A DNA stretch of 64,000 nt from a virus. Lineage: Duplodnaviria > Caudoviricetes. The stretch is taken from the IMG/VR virus record IMGVR_UViG_3300049144_000052, positions 1-64,000 of that record; one strand, written 5' to 3'. The notes under the pieces were generated by a model. It had not been told where the DNA came from, did no database searches, and was given only the letters and a program-made list of their open reading frames with translations. Below, one piece after another: positions 46,529 to 55,054 of the stretch (position 1 is the stretch's first letter; each line of letters starts with the position of its first letter). The position numbers were made by a program, and so were the translations under genes.

Positions 46529-47002
46529 TCAGTCGGTGAGCGTCATCCTGTACTTGCTGCCGTCGTCAGCGGAATGCGCGGTCGCCGCGAAGACCCGCAC
46601 TGCGGGAACTGCTTGGTCCGCGTCGAAGTAGGGAGGTCGACCCGGCGTGAGCGTGAGCCGCGGCGCCGACACCCGGTTGTACGGCAGACCCTCCCCGCCG
46701 AGCGCCGCCTCCAGCGAGAACTCCCGCAGCAGGCCATCAGTTGAATGTGCGCCCAGGGCGTCGCCCACCCGCCGCGCCTCCGCCTCGCAGCGGTGCACTG
46801 CGCTGGCTGCAGACGGCACCAGGTCGACCGTGAACCGGATCTGCGGCGGAGGCCCGACGGTGAGCGGGTCGAGATGCCCGTCGTAGGGGACCGGGGCCAC
46901 GAGCAGCCGCAGCTCGATACCCGACGACGGGACCAAGGAGAGTTCGTCGTCGCCGATCGTGAGGCGGATCCAATCGACGGACGGAAGCGCGGCAGTCGTC
47001 AT
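46529..47002 (-). CDS. Hypothetical protein
   Basis: ATG 47002 in ORF 46529..47224. Confidence 0.55.
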   Translation of the reverse strand: MTTAALPSVDWIRLTIGDDELSLVPSSGIELRLLVAPVPYDGHLDPLTVGPPPQIRFTVDLVPSAASAVHRCEAEARRVGDALGAHSTDGLLREFSLEAALGGEGLPYNRVSAPRLTLTPGRPPYFDADQAVPAVRVFAATAHSADDGSKYRMTLTD

Positions 47003-47038
47003 ATGGCGACGGTAGCGCGGGAGTCTCGTTTGCAGGTC

Positions 47039-47245
47039 ATGACCGAACCCTTCTGCTTCTCCTGCGCCGAGGATCTCCTCGGCCCTGCGGCCATCGAGAC
47101 CGCCCGCCGAAACGTGGCGAACGCCCCGCCGGTCAGCCCCGAATTGAGGGCGCAGGTTCGTTCCGTGTTCCAGTCCGCACGCGACAGTCGAACGACCATT
47201 CCCCGGCGAAGGGCTTGCGGGCACGGGGGGATGGGCGAGAGCTAG
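47039..47245 (+). CDS. Hypothetical protein
   Basis: ATG 47039 in ORF 46745..47245. Confidence 0.4.
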   Translation: MTEPFCFSCAEDLLGPAAIETARRNVANAPPVSPELRAQVRSVFQSARDSRTTIPRRRACGHGGMGES

Positions 47246-47259
47246 CGCATAACGTTCCC

Positions 47260-47610
47260 TTATGTGCCGTCGGGCCTCGACGCAACGAACGGGGCCGGCC
47301 CCAAGCCTGAGCAGCCAGACTCACGAGGCCCGCTGGTGGCCATGAACTCGCTCTCACGGCCGTCAGGCAAGCGCAGGACTCCAGGTGCTGCATCGAAGAG
47401 GTCAACGTCCGAGACCTCGTCAGCGAGCTTGATGCTTCCGGCCCAAGTGCTGTTGCGGTCAGACTCGCGGTTGTCTGTCCGGCTCGGGTCGAAGCGCAGC
47501 ACGAGAGAAGCGGTGACGGGCGCCTCGCGGCCGTCGGGGAAGACCACGACGGCAGGTCCTACGTAGCGTGGGCGCCCGTCGGCGGGGTGAAAGCGGGGAC
47601 TTGAAGGCAT
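47260..47610 (-). CDS. Hypothetical small beta-rich protein
   Basis: 116 aa; YVGPAVVV...W.G pattern. Confidence 0.5.
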   Translation of the reverse strand: MPSSPRFHPADGRPRYVGPAVVVFPDGREAPVTASLVLRFDPSRTDNRESDRNSTWAGSIKLADEVSDVDLFDAAPGVLRLPDGRESEFMATSGPRESGCSGLGPAPFVASRPDGT

Positions 47611-47721
47611 GGCGCGATGCTAGCGACTGCCCTTCCAACCACGGTCTACCCGAACCTAGTTGATCAGCTACAGCTCTCGATAACATGCCATATCACGGGC
47701 GTCAAAACGGTACAATCAGCT

Positions 47722-48009
47722 ATGCCTTCAGACTCCCGTGCCCGCCTCATCGCATACCTCTGCCAAGCCGGGTTGAGCACTGCTCGCGCCAACGCTCTCC
47801 TCGACGACCACATCGCCGAAGTCATCGGGAAGAAGCGTGAGCCGGTGGCTGCCTGCATTCCGGCGCCTGCTCCTGGGGAGGTCTACGGCATCGAGGACCC
47901 AGGCGCCCTACCGGTGGCTGTTGGGTGCGAGCACTGGCGGCGGGAGCACCGGGCGGACCTCTGCCCCATGGGTGGGTGCCAGCGGTGCCGGTACCTGGAG
48001 CGGCTGTGA
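47722..48009 (+). CDS. Hypothetical protein with C-terminal Cys cluster, probably leaderless
   Basis: TACAAT 47711-47716 five nt before ATG; GTGA overlap with the recombinase. Confidence 0.55.
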   Translation: MPSDSRARLIAYLCQAGLSTARANALLDDHIAEVIGKKREPVAACIPAPAPGEVYGIEDPGALPVAVGCEHWRREHRADLCPMGGCQRCRYLERL

Positions 48010-49040
48010 CGCTGAATGAGTCGGTGGCTCTTGCGTCGCATTCCCAGGAGGCCGCCCCCGCCATCTACGACGCGGCAACGCTCGCCGTCCTGGCCGCCAT
48101 GGAAGAGGCCGCCGAGAAGCACCTCAACGCCATCCGCCCCCACAACACCAAGCGCAGCTACGCCAACGACTGGGCATTGTGGGAGGAGTTCCACGACTGG
48201 CTGGGAGAGCGTACCGGGCACCGCATCGCCTCGACCAACGTCACCAAGGGCACGCTCGTCGGGTTCGTCGTCTGGCTCGACACCATCAAACTCGCCGCGC
48301 CCAACAGCATCGACCGGCGCATCACCGGCGTCACCGTCACTGCTCGCAACGAGCACGGTGTCGAAGTCCCCAAGGCTGCCACTGTTGCAGCCCGGCAGGC
48401 GCTCAAGCCGCTGAAGAACGACCCCGAACGCATGGCGCGCGGACGCGGCAAGGCCGCCGCCGTCACACCCGAGCAGCTCCGCCAGATGAACGACGCCGTA
48501 GCCGACGGGCTCACCGGACTCCGCGACCGCGCCCTCTGGCTCATGGCCTTCGCCATCGCCGGACGCTCCGCCGAAGTCGCCGCACTCCGCGCCGAGGCGA
48601 TCGTCCACGTCAGCCAAGGCCTCGAAGTCCACGTCCCCGCCGTCAAAGGCCGACCGCCCCGGGACGTCGTCGTCCACTACGGCAAGAACCCCGACACCTG
48701 CCCCGTCCGCGCCTGGCTCACCTGGCGCGCCGCCGCAGGCATCACCGGCGGGCCTGCCTTCCTGCCTATCACCGTCCACGGCCGCCTCGGCGACCGCGCC
48801 CTCTCCCCGGAAGCCGTCCGCGAGATCATCGTCCGCAACGCCGAACGCGCCGGGCTGTCGGTGCGGCTCACCGGACACAGCATGCGAGCCGGGTTCATCA
48901 CCACCTCTCGACGCGCAGGCAAGCGAGAGGAGAAGATCCGCGAACAGTCCGGCCACGCCGAGAACAGCCCCGCCTTCTGGGGATACATTCGCGAGGCTGA
49001 CAAGTGGACTGACGCGGCCAGCGAGGACATCGGACTATGA
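48006..49040 (+). CDS. Cre-like tyrosine recombinase
   Basis: N-terminal core-binding domain; RDRAL....F..AGRSAEV, HSMRAG, SGH, WGYIR catalytic set. Confidence 0.85.
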   Translation: MTLNESVALASHSQEAAPAIYDAATLAVLAAMEEAAEKHLNAIRPHNTKRSYANDWALWEEFHDWLGERTGHRIASTNVTKGTLVGFVVWLDTIKLAAPNSIDRRITGVTVTARNEHGVEVPKAATVAARQALKPLKNDPERMARGRGKAAAVTPEQLRQMNDAVADGLTGLRDRALWLMAFAIAGRSAEVAALRAEAIVHVSQGLEVHVPAVKGRPPRDVVVHYGKNPDTCPVRAWLTWRAAAGITGGPAFLPITVHGRLGDRALSPEAVREIIVRNAERAGLSVRLTGHSMRAGFITTSRRAGKREEKIREQSGHAENSPAFWGYIREADKWTDAASEDIGL

Positions 49041-49049
49041 GGAGGAACC

Positions 49050-49268
49050 GTGCGGGTCATCATCGACGGCGACCTGGTGCTAGATCTGCCATCCCCGCCC
49101 CGCGTGGGGGAGATCATTGCTTGGGGCCCGCAGGTTCGACGCGTGCAGGACGTCGTGTGGTGGCTCCCGAAGACGGGTCGGGATGGCGGCGCACCGACAG
49201 CTGAAGACATCTCGGTCCACGTGCAGCTAGAGCAGGAGCGCACGGAGGCAGCGGAAGACGGACGCTGA
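49050..49268 (+). CDS. Hypothetical protein
   Basis: GAGGAGG RBS; 72 aa. Confidence 0.6.
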   Translation: MRVIIDGDLVLDLPSPPRVGEIIAWGPQVRRVQDVVWWLPKTGRDGGAPTAEDISVHVQLEQERTEAAEDGR

Positions 49269-49350
49269 CCGGCCGCCCCGTGCCACACTGGCCGCAGGCC
49301 CCGCCGGGCCCCCCGTCTCGGCGGGGCTTCTGCTTGGGGTGGAGGGTTGC

Positions 49351-49719
49351 ATGGCTGACGAGTTGCGGGAGTTGCTGAAGGCTCGGCGCGAGGAACTGGG
49401 CTTGTCGTACCACTCGCTTGCCGCGGCCTGCACCAGGGCCGGGTCGGGCGTCTCGGTATCGACGGGCTGGCTGCACCGGTTGGAGACGGGGGCTCCGGTC
49501 GTTGCGCCGAGCGCTGAGCTTTTGACGGCCTTGGCGGCCGGCCTGCGGCTGGAGACGGAGCGTCTTCGGGAGGCCGCTGCCGCACAGTTCTTCGGTCTCC
49601 GCTTGCCGTGGACAGCGTCGGGGGAGGCGGCTGAGCTGCTGGAGCAGGTCGCGGTCTTGCCGGAGGATCAGCGGCGAGCACTGCTCGATCTGATTCAGGT
49701 GATGGCGAAGAACCGGTGA
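49351..49719 (+). CDS. XRE-family HTH regulator, paralog of the immunity repressor
   Basis: LGLSYHSLA...WLHRLE...APS..LLTALAAGL...RLREAAAAQF. Confidence 0.78.
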   Translation: MADELRELLKARREELGLSYHSLAAACTRAGSGVSVSTGWLHRLETGAPVVAPSAELLTALAAGLRLETERLREAAAAQFFGLRLPWTASGEAAELLEQVAVLPEDQRRALLDLIQVMAKNR

Positions 49720-49796
49720 CGGGACGCCTGCTCTGGCATAGCTGGCGCACAGCCTTGCGGCCCGCTCTCCGCCGGTGAGAGCGGGCCGCGCGTGCG

Positions 49797-49982
49797 TCAC
49801 GCCTTCGCTTCGGGCAGCTGCCCGGGCCTGACGGGCGCTATCTCGACGCCGCTGCACCCATTGCCTTCGAGCGTCTCCTTCTGCCGTTCGGCGGACGGCT
49901 TGTCGTAGGCGACGGCGGAGGCGCGCGGGGTGCCGTCGGGGCCGGTCCAGGTGAGTCCGTAGTTCTGCATGGTGATCGTCAT
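49797..49982 (-). CDS. Small hypothetical protein, leaderless
   Basis: ATG 6 nt after the CATGAT -10 element. Confidence 0.65.
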   Translation of the reverse strand: MTITMQNYGLTWTGPDGTPRASAVAYDKPSAERQKETLEGNGCSGVEIAPVRPGQLPEAKA

Positions 49983-49988
49983 GCGCTC

Positions 49989-50010
49989 ATCATGGCTGGC
50001 GGCACTGACA
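49989..50010 (-). promoter_or_regulatory. PafBC-type (RecA-NDp) DNA-damage promoter
   Basis: TGTCAG-N10-CATGAT on the minus strand. Confidence 0.65.
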
Positions 50011-50237
50011 TCGCCGGATGAACTACTTCTAGCCGGGATCTTCCCGGGTGGCTGGTTAGTGGCGCATGCTGTGCGTCCGGGCGCTTCCCCTTCCCCCAGG
50101 TGGAGCCCCTGTTGGGCCCTGCCGTTCGCTTCGGGTGGCAGGGCCCGCCGCCCCTCCCGGTCCTCCCCACGGGAGGGCTTGCGGCTGCCCAAGGCGCGAC
50201 TGCCCGCCCCTTACGTGATGGGGCGGGCAGTCCTGGT

Positions 50238-50531
50238 TCAGCCGCCCTGGCGTTCCTGCGCCTTCTCTATCCAGAGGTCGCGGACGCTGGTGGTGAGGGT
50301 GCCTTCGGTCTGTTCGTAGTGGGAGAGGGCGACGCCGAGGCCGAAGAAGGTGGGGGCCCATTCGCCGACGAAGATGCCCCAGCGGTCGGCGCGGGCGAGG
50401 TCGGCGTGGCCGCCGGGTTCGGTCTTGAGGCTGGTGGCCCAGGTGAAGACGGACAGGCCGATTGAGGCCATGGCTGCGGTGTAGGCGTGTTCGCTGCGGA
50501 TGCCCATGTCGTGCAGTCTCTTGATGATCAT
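50238..50531 (-). CDS. Small two-TM protein resembling conserved streptomycete proteins
   Basis: ADRWGIFVGEWAPTFFGLGVAL. Confidence 0.7.
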   Translation of the reverse strand: MIIKRLHDMGIRSEHAYTAAMASIGLSVFTWATSLKTEPGGHADLARADRWGIFVGEWAPTFFGLGVALSHYEQTEGTLTTSVRDLWIEKAQERQGG

Positions 50532-50670
50532 GGCGGCTCCGTTCCGTGTGGGGCTTCACAGGCCGGAGTGCCCACACCAGCCAGTCCGTATTCGCACCTT
50601 TCGCCGGATATGCCGTTTCCTGTGTCGGCTCGTAGGCTGATCCTGCTCGGGGCTCACGCGGAGGTCAGCC

Positions 50671-51558
50671 ATGCCCCGAACCATTTGGAGCGGCGCCATC
50701 TCGTTCGGCCTGGTCACGGTGCCTATCCATGTCCAGAGCGCGACCGAAAACCACTCGATCCAGTTCCACCAGTACCACCTGGAAGACATGGGCCGGGTGC
50801 GGGTGAAGAAGGTGTGCGAGGTCGAGGACCGCGAGGTCTCCCAGTCCGAGATCGGCAAAGGCTACGAGTACGCCAAAGGCCAAGTCGTGCCGATCTCCGA
50901 CGCCGAACTGCGGGAGCTGCCACTGCCGACGGCGAAGGCCATCGAGATCGAAGCGTTCGTGCCGCTCGACAGCATCGACCCGATCCAGATCGGCGAGGGC
51001 TACTACCTGGCGCCGGACGGGCAGGTCGCGGCGAAACCCTACAAGCTGCTCGTGCAGGCGTTGGGCCGGTCGTCGAAGGTAGCCGTCGCCAAGTACGCCT
51101 GGTCCGGCCGCGAACGCCTCGGCCTGCTACGAGTGCGAGACGACGTGATCGTGCTGCACGCCATGCGCTGGCCCGACGAAATCCGTGACCCGTCCTCGCT
51201 GCTCCCGCCGCCGACCGAAGTCTCCGAGGACGAGATCGAAAGGGCGGTCACCCTCATGGAGTCGATGACCCGCGACGACCTCGACGGCCCGGAGTTCGAG
51301 GACGCCTACACCGACGCCATCGCGAAAATCATCGAAGCAAAGCGGGAAGACAAGCCCCTTCCGGAGACGCCGGAGCCTGAGAAGCCGGCACAAGTCCTCG
51401 ACCTCATGGCCGCCCTCACGGAGTCCGTGGAGAAGGCCAAGGCATCCCGCGGCGAGGACGCCGACGTGCGCGATCTGCCGAAGAAGACCGCGGCCAAGAA
51501 GACGGCGAAGAAGCAGCCGGCCAAGAAGACGGCCAGCCGGAAGTCCCGGAGCGCCTAG
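50671..51558 (+). CDS. ku: Ku protein (NHEJ DNA end-binding)
   Basis: MPRTIWSGAISFGLVTVPI, VLHAMRWPDEIR, VLDLMAALTES, basic PAKK tail. Confidence 0.95.
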   Translation: MPRTIWSGAISFGLVTVPIHVQSATENHSIQFHQYHLEDMGRVRVKKVCEVEDREVSQSEIGKGYEYAKGQVVPISDAELRELPLPTAKAIEIEAFVPLDSIDPIQIGEGYYLAPDGQVAAKPYKLLVQALGRSSKVAVAKYAWSGRERLGLLRVRDDVIVLHAMRWPDEIRDPSSLLPPPTEVSEDEIERAVTLMESMTRDDLDGPEFEDAYTDAIAKIIEAKREDKPLPETPEPEKPAQVLDLMAALTESVEKAKASRGEDADVRDLPKKTAAKKTAKKQPAKKTASRKSRSA

Positions 51559-51890
51559 CCGTCGAGGTACCCGAGCTCCGAGTCGGGCCGGCAGTGGCTG
51601 CACGCGGCGACCCCTTCGGCGAGTGCCCGGAGCGCTGCCTCCCGCGTCACTCCTTTCGGCCGGGGCCCGGCCATGTGGCAGCCGCCGGCGTGGACGGCGA
51701 GGGGGTGTCGTCCGCCGAGGCTGAGTTGCAGCGTCCAGTCGGGTTCGGGTGGCCTGGCCTGGATGCCGCGCTGGTGTTCTTGCTCGCGCCGTTCGGCGTC
51801 TGCGATCTGCTGCCGGACCCTGTCGAGGCTGAGCTGTAGCCACGTCTCCAGGGTGCGGAGGCGGGGCAGATCCGGCGGCAGGTCGTTCAC
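51555..51890 (-). CDS. DUF6233-like protein
   Basis: VHAGGCHM...REAALRAL..GVAACSHCRPDSELG; GTG 51890. Confidence 0.72.
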   Translation of the reverse strand: MNDLPPDLPRLRTLETWLQLSLDRVRQQIADAERREQEHQRGIQARPPEPDWTLQLSLGGRHPLAVHAGGCHMAGPRPKGVTREAALRALAEGVAACSHCRPDSELGYLDG

Positions 51891-51903
51891 GTGTTCGATT
51901 CTA
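51883..51903 (-). promoter_or_regulatory. LexA (SOS) box overlapping a TAGAAT -10 element
   Basis: Minus strand TAGAATCGAACACGTGAACGA matches TCGAAC-N4-GNNCGA. Confidence 0.75.
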
Positions 51904-51945
51904 GGGGGTAGGCTGCCCACCGCATCCCGAGGGTGAGGAGGACCG

Positions 51946-52203
51946 ATGAGGCTGCTGCAGCTGCTCGAGCAGCACGGCATCGACCTGTCCGCCCTCGATC
52001 AGGCGCCTGCCAACCCGACCCGCCACGACTCGGGCGCCCGGATCCGCCGGCTCCCGCCGTGGCCGTGCGTGCTGTGCGGGGCGATGAGCCCCACCGCCTG
52101 GGTAGTCGACGCGCCCGGGCTGGGCCCGCGGTGGGTGGGGCTGTGCAGCACGCATGCTGTGGAGGCGGGCCAGTCAGGGCTGCCATGGAACAGACAGAGA
52201 TAG
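51946..52203 (+). CDS. Hypothetical protein with CxxC...LC motif
   Basis: GAGGAGG RBS; 85 aa. Confidence 0.62.
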   Translation: MRLLQLLEQHGIDLSALDQAPANPTRHDSGARIRRLPPWPCVLCGAMSPTAWVVDAPGLGPRWVGLCSTHAVEAGQSGLPWNRQR

Positions 52204-52210
52204 GAGCGAC

Positions 52211-52408
52211 GTGAACCCCGAACGCTTCCACCTCACCCTCTCGTCGGCTGGCCGCACCGTGATGCAGGGTTGGTGGGGGAACGAGGCCGTGGCGCGCCGC
52301 CAGTTCACGACGTGGATCGGGGAGCGCGGATCGATGCCGGACGCCCGGGTCGTCCTCGTCGACGAGGAGACCGGCGCCGTGTTGACGAGCTGGCCGGACG
52401 AGCCGTAG
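52211..52408 (+). CDS. Small hypothetical protein
   Basis: AGGAG RBS, GTG 52211; GWW...ARR.F..W motif. Confidence 0.68.
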   Translation: MNPERFHLTLSSAGRTVMQGWWGNEAVARRQFTTWIGERGSMPDARVVLVDEETGAVLTSWPDEP

Positions 52409-52428
52409 CCGTCTGCCATCCTGGCGGC

Positions 52429-52557
52429 ATGAGCGACGAGACGGAGACGGTCCAGCAGCAGGACGATGACGAGTTCGACGACGTCTACGGCGAGGCCCCG
52501 CCCGCCGACGAGCACAGCCTGGTGTCACGCCCCAGCGTTGTCGGTGGCGGGTCGTAG
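52429..52557 (+). CDS. Acidic peptide, probably leaderless
   Basis: CATCCT 6 nt before ATG. Confidence 0.45.
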   Translation: MSDETETVQQQDDDEFDDVYGEAPPADEHSLVSRPSVVGGGS

Positions 52558-52650
52558 GCTGATCGCATCAATCAGCCCATGCTGGCTGCGTGTGCTGACC
52601 CCGCCCCGGCCGTGATGCAGCCGGGGCGGGCTGCTATCCGGGAGGGAATC

Positions 52651-52860
52651 GTGGACGAGCTGGACGTGGAGTCACTGCGGGAGCGCCTCAGCGAGCTGGA
52701 TTCGCTGCGCTCGCGCGTGAAGGAGCTGGAAGACGCAGTCCTGTACCTGTCGAACACGCTCGCCATGCACGGGCTCATCGACTCGACCGAAGCTGGAGTG
52801 GCACGGCGTATGTACGACTCGGCCCAGCAGGCGGAGCGGGAGGCGGGCCGCCGCCGCTAA
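52651..52860 (+). CDS. Hypothetical coiled-coil protein
   Basis: GGAGGG RBS, GTG 52651 in ORF 52579..52860. Confidence 0.55.
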   Translation: MDELDVESLRERLSELDSLRSRVKELEDAVLYLSNTLAMHGLIDSTEAGVARRMYDSAQQAEREAGRRR

Positions 52861-53063
52861 GCCGTCTCCTCCGCCGGATGCCGCACGGCCTTCTTGAGCC
52901 CCATCTCGGCCGTGTATCGGTCGATGCCCGCGTCGGCCGCGAACGCGGTGAGCCGCTCCTGTACGGCGGCGGCCGTGGCGACGGTGAGGCGTCCGGCCTG
53001 GATCTCCTCCCAGGCGGCACGTTCCAGCGCGATCAGATCCTCGGGGAAGTCGATGGTGGCCAC
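52857..53063 (-). CDS. Small hypothetical protein, leaderless
   Basis: TAAGAT -10 six nt before GTG. Confidence 0.7.
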   Translation of the reverse strand: MATIDFPEDLIALERAAWEEIQAGRLTVATAAAVQERLTAFAADAGIDRYTAEMGLKKAVRHPAEETA

Positions 53064-53072
53064 CGCAGGATC

Positions 53073-53267
53073 TTAAGCTGCTTCGACGATGCTTTCGCGC
53101 AGGCGTTCGGCCGCGTCGGCGACCATCCACTCCGCCACCAGCTGCTCGTACCGCTGGCGTGACGGCCCGTACAGCCAGCCGCCGCACGCCAGGACCAGCG
53201 CGCGGATCTCCTCATTCACCACAGCAGCAGGCCGTACCGGGCCGGGCGGTGGGGGAGTGGGGATCAT
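53073..53267 (-). CDS. Small hypothetical protein, leaderless
   Basis: TAGAAT -10 seven nt before ATG. Confidence 0.7.
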   Translation of the reverse strand: MIPTPPPPGPVRPAAVVNEEIRALVLACGGWLYGPSRQRYEQLVAEWMVADAAERLRESIVEAA

Positions 53268-53274
53268 GCCGCCG

Positions 53275-53296
53275 ATTCTAGAGCGCGGGTCTGACA
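53275..53296 (-). promoter_or_regulatory. PafBC-type (RecA-NDp) DNA-damage promoter
   Basis: TGTCAG-N10-TAGAAT on the minus strand. Confidence 0.72.
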
Positions 53297-53300
53297 GTGG

Positions 53301-53564
53301 TCAGCCCTCGGCGGGCGGCTGGCCGACGTAGGTGCCGCGCCCCTGCACGGTCCACACGACGCCTTCTTCGGCGAGTGCGGCGATCGCGCGCCGGACTGTG
53401 GACCGGGCCAGCCCGTACTCCTGCACCAGCCGCGTCTCCGAGGCGATCGGCCGGCCTTCGGCCCAGTCGCCGCGCGCGATCCGAGCTTTCAGGATCTCGG
53501 CGAGCTGCCGATAAGGGGTTACAGGGCCCTCGTGGTCGATCTCAGCATCAGGATCAGTCGCCAT
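53301..53564 (-). CDS. GntR-family winged-HTH regulator, HTH only
   Basis: YRQLAEILKARIARG...SETRLVQEYGLARSTVRRAI..L..EG.V. Confidence 0.9.
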   Translation of the reverse strand: MATDPDAEIDHEGPVTPYRQLAEILKARIARGDWAEGRPIASETRLVQEYGLARSTVRRAIAALAEEGVVWTVQGRGTYVGQPPAEG

Positions 53565-53608
53565 GATCCGAAGCTAGGCAGGGCGGTACAGGTCAGCACC
53601 TCGGGCTA

Positions 53609-53620
53609 CGTATCGATACG
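53609..53620. promoter_or_regulatory. Palindromic operator in the divergent promoter of the GntR gene
   Basis: CGTATCGATACG, perfect 12-bp palindrome; partial copy GTCGATAC at 53632. Confidence 0.55.
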
Positions 53621-53697
53621 GCGCGAGACAGGTCGATACAAGCACGACTAGCCTGCAATTACATGGACCCCCGCGGCCGAGGGCACGGCCCGGGGGC

Positions 53698-53952
53698 GTG
53701 GCCGACGAACGGAGCGTCGACGTGACCGAGCCTACGGAACCCGGGCGCACGCCTGAAAGGCGGCAGTTAGTCGCTGCAGGTAGCCGCCTCAGCCCAGTGC
53801 AGGAAGCGTGGAGTAGGTATGTCGGCCACGCCTTGGACCAGTGCCCAGACTGCCGCAGCGCGCGCGGCGCGGCCTGCGATGAGGCCGAGGCCCTGTATCG
53901 CGCCTACCAGGAGGCGGGCCAGCAGGCGTACCGGCGACTACTGGACAGCTAA
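53698..53952 (+). CDS. Hypothetical protein with H-x3-CxxC...C motif
   Basis: Divergent from the GntR gene; start may be the GTG at 53722. Confidence 0.62.
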   Translation: MADERSVDVTEPTEPGRTPERRQLVAAGSRLSPVQEAWSRYVGHALDQCPDCRSARGAACDEAEALYRAYQEAGQQAYRRLLDS

Positions 53953-54188
53953 TCGGGGTGACCGGTCGGTTCAGATCAGGCCATCCCGTTGCGCGCCTGC
54001 GGCCCCTCCCGGCCAGTGACCTGGGGCAATGCAGAAACGGTTGGCCAACGCCTCCACCTGCAGTAACGGAAACATACGGGGCATGAACAGAAGGTTGCAA
54101 AAATGCAGGTGGAAACCTTCACTCCGGGCCGAAACTCGGCTTTACTCGTGACCCGGGCGCCCCCCAACGCCCGGCCTGAAAGCGCTCA

Positions 54189-54818
54189 CTACTGCCCACG
54201 CGTGGGCGCAAGACGAACCAACCAACGATCCATCGGCAAAATCAGATCAGCAGTCTCCAGGGGGCGACCTAAATGGTCGAGGCGAGTACGCACCACACGG
54301 AACGCGACAGCGTCCACCAGCAGCCCAAGCGCATGCGCGTGCTCCTCGGCCAGCGACACCACACCCAGCTCAGCCGTATAGGAAGCATGCGGCTGACGAG
54401 CGCCACGCCACCACGACGAGACGAGCATCGCCGACCTGCCACCCGGGTCCAGGCACTCCACCGTCTCGTGCCGCAGCATCGCGCCCACGTGGACGCCAAG
54501 CCTCTCCGCCAGCTCCACCGTGGCGGCACGCGGGCGGGTGTCGGTGGTCTCGCTGGAAAAGGGCCACTCAGCGTCCGGAAGCGTGAGAGTGCGCATAGCA
54601 GGAGGATGCGCCACATACACAGCCCGGCGCTCCTCACCCTCCAAGACGCCGGCCCGCCGCAGCAGAACGTAGGCGAGGCGAACTGTTTGTGGGTGTACGC
54701 CGAGTTCGGCAGCTAGCTCGGCTCTCGAAGGCAGGTCTTGGCCTGGCCGCCACTCCCCGGCGGCGATACGGCGCTGGATGTCAGCAGCGATACGCCTATG
54801 GCGCGCACCCTCTGGCAT
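54189..54818 (-). CDS. GntR-family regulator with UTRA-like C-terminal domain
   Basis: HRRIAADIQRRIAAGEW.PG..LPSR.ELA..LGV...TVRLAY..L...G. Confidence 0.82.
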   Translation of the reverse strand: MPEGARHRRIAADIQRRIAAGEWRPGQDLPSRAELAAELGVHPQTVRLAYVLLRRAGVLEGEERRAVYVAHPPAMRTLTLPDAEWPFSSETTDTRPRAATVELAERLGVHVGAMLRHETVECLDPGGRSAMLVSSWWRGARQPHASYTAELGVVSLAEEHAHALGLLVDAVAFRVVRTRLDHLGRPLETADLILPMDRWLVRLAPTRGQ

Positions 54819-54934
54819 CGGAACCCCTGCCGACGATCATGACGTGGAGTCCGACGCTATGAGGCGGTTGAGGCTCTGGATATATCCAGCCTGTGGCCTG
54901 GCATGCGCCACAGATCGCCGAGTAGTGTCCACAA

Positions 54935-54950
54935 TCGAACACACGTTCAC
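54935..54950 (+). promoter_or_regulatory. Candidate LexA box next to a CACAAT -10 element
   Basis: TCGAACACACGTTCAC (GAAC-N4-GTTC core). Confidence 0.55.
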
Positions 54951-55054
54951 CCAATCGCGTGAACCGCTGCCGGCCAGAGCATCCCGGCCCAAACGCCGGG
55001 AACCAGAACGACACCCCCACCCACCCGTCGGCCACCAAACCCAGGAGAGCGGGC

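Noticed and set aside
46529-47610. Named anti-phage defence or toxin-antitoxin system
   Set aside because: Position is suggestive, but no catalytic motif or family could be recognised
47617-47720. lox-like site for the Cre-like recombinase
   Set aside because: Only a 14-bp imperfect palindrome (TAGTTGATCAGCTA) and a 4-bp inverted repeat; no 13-8-13 structure
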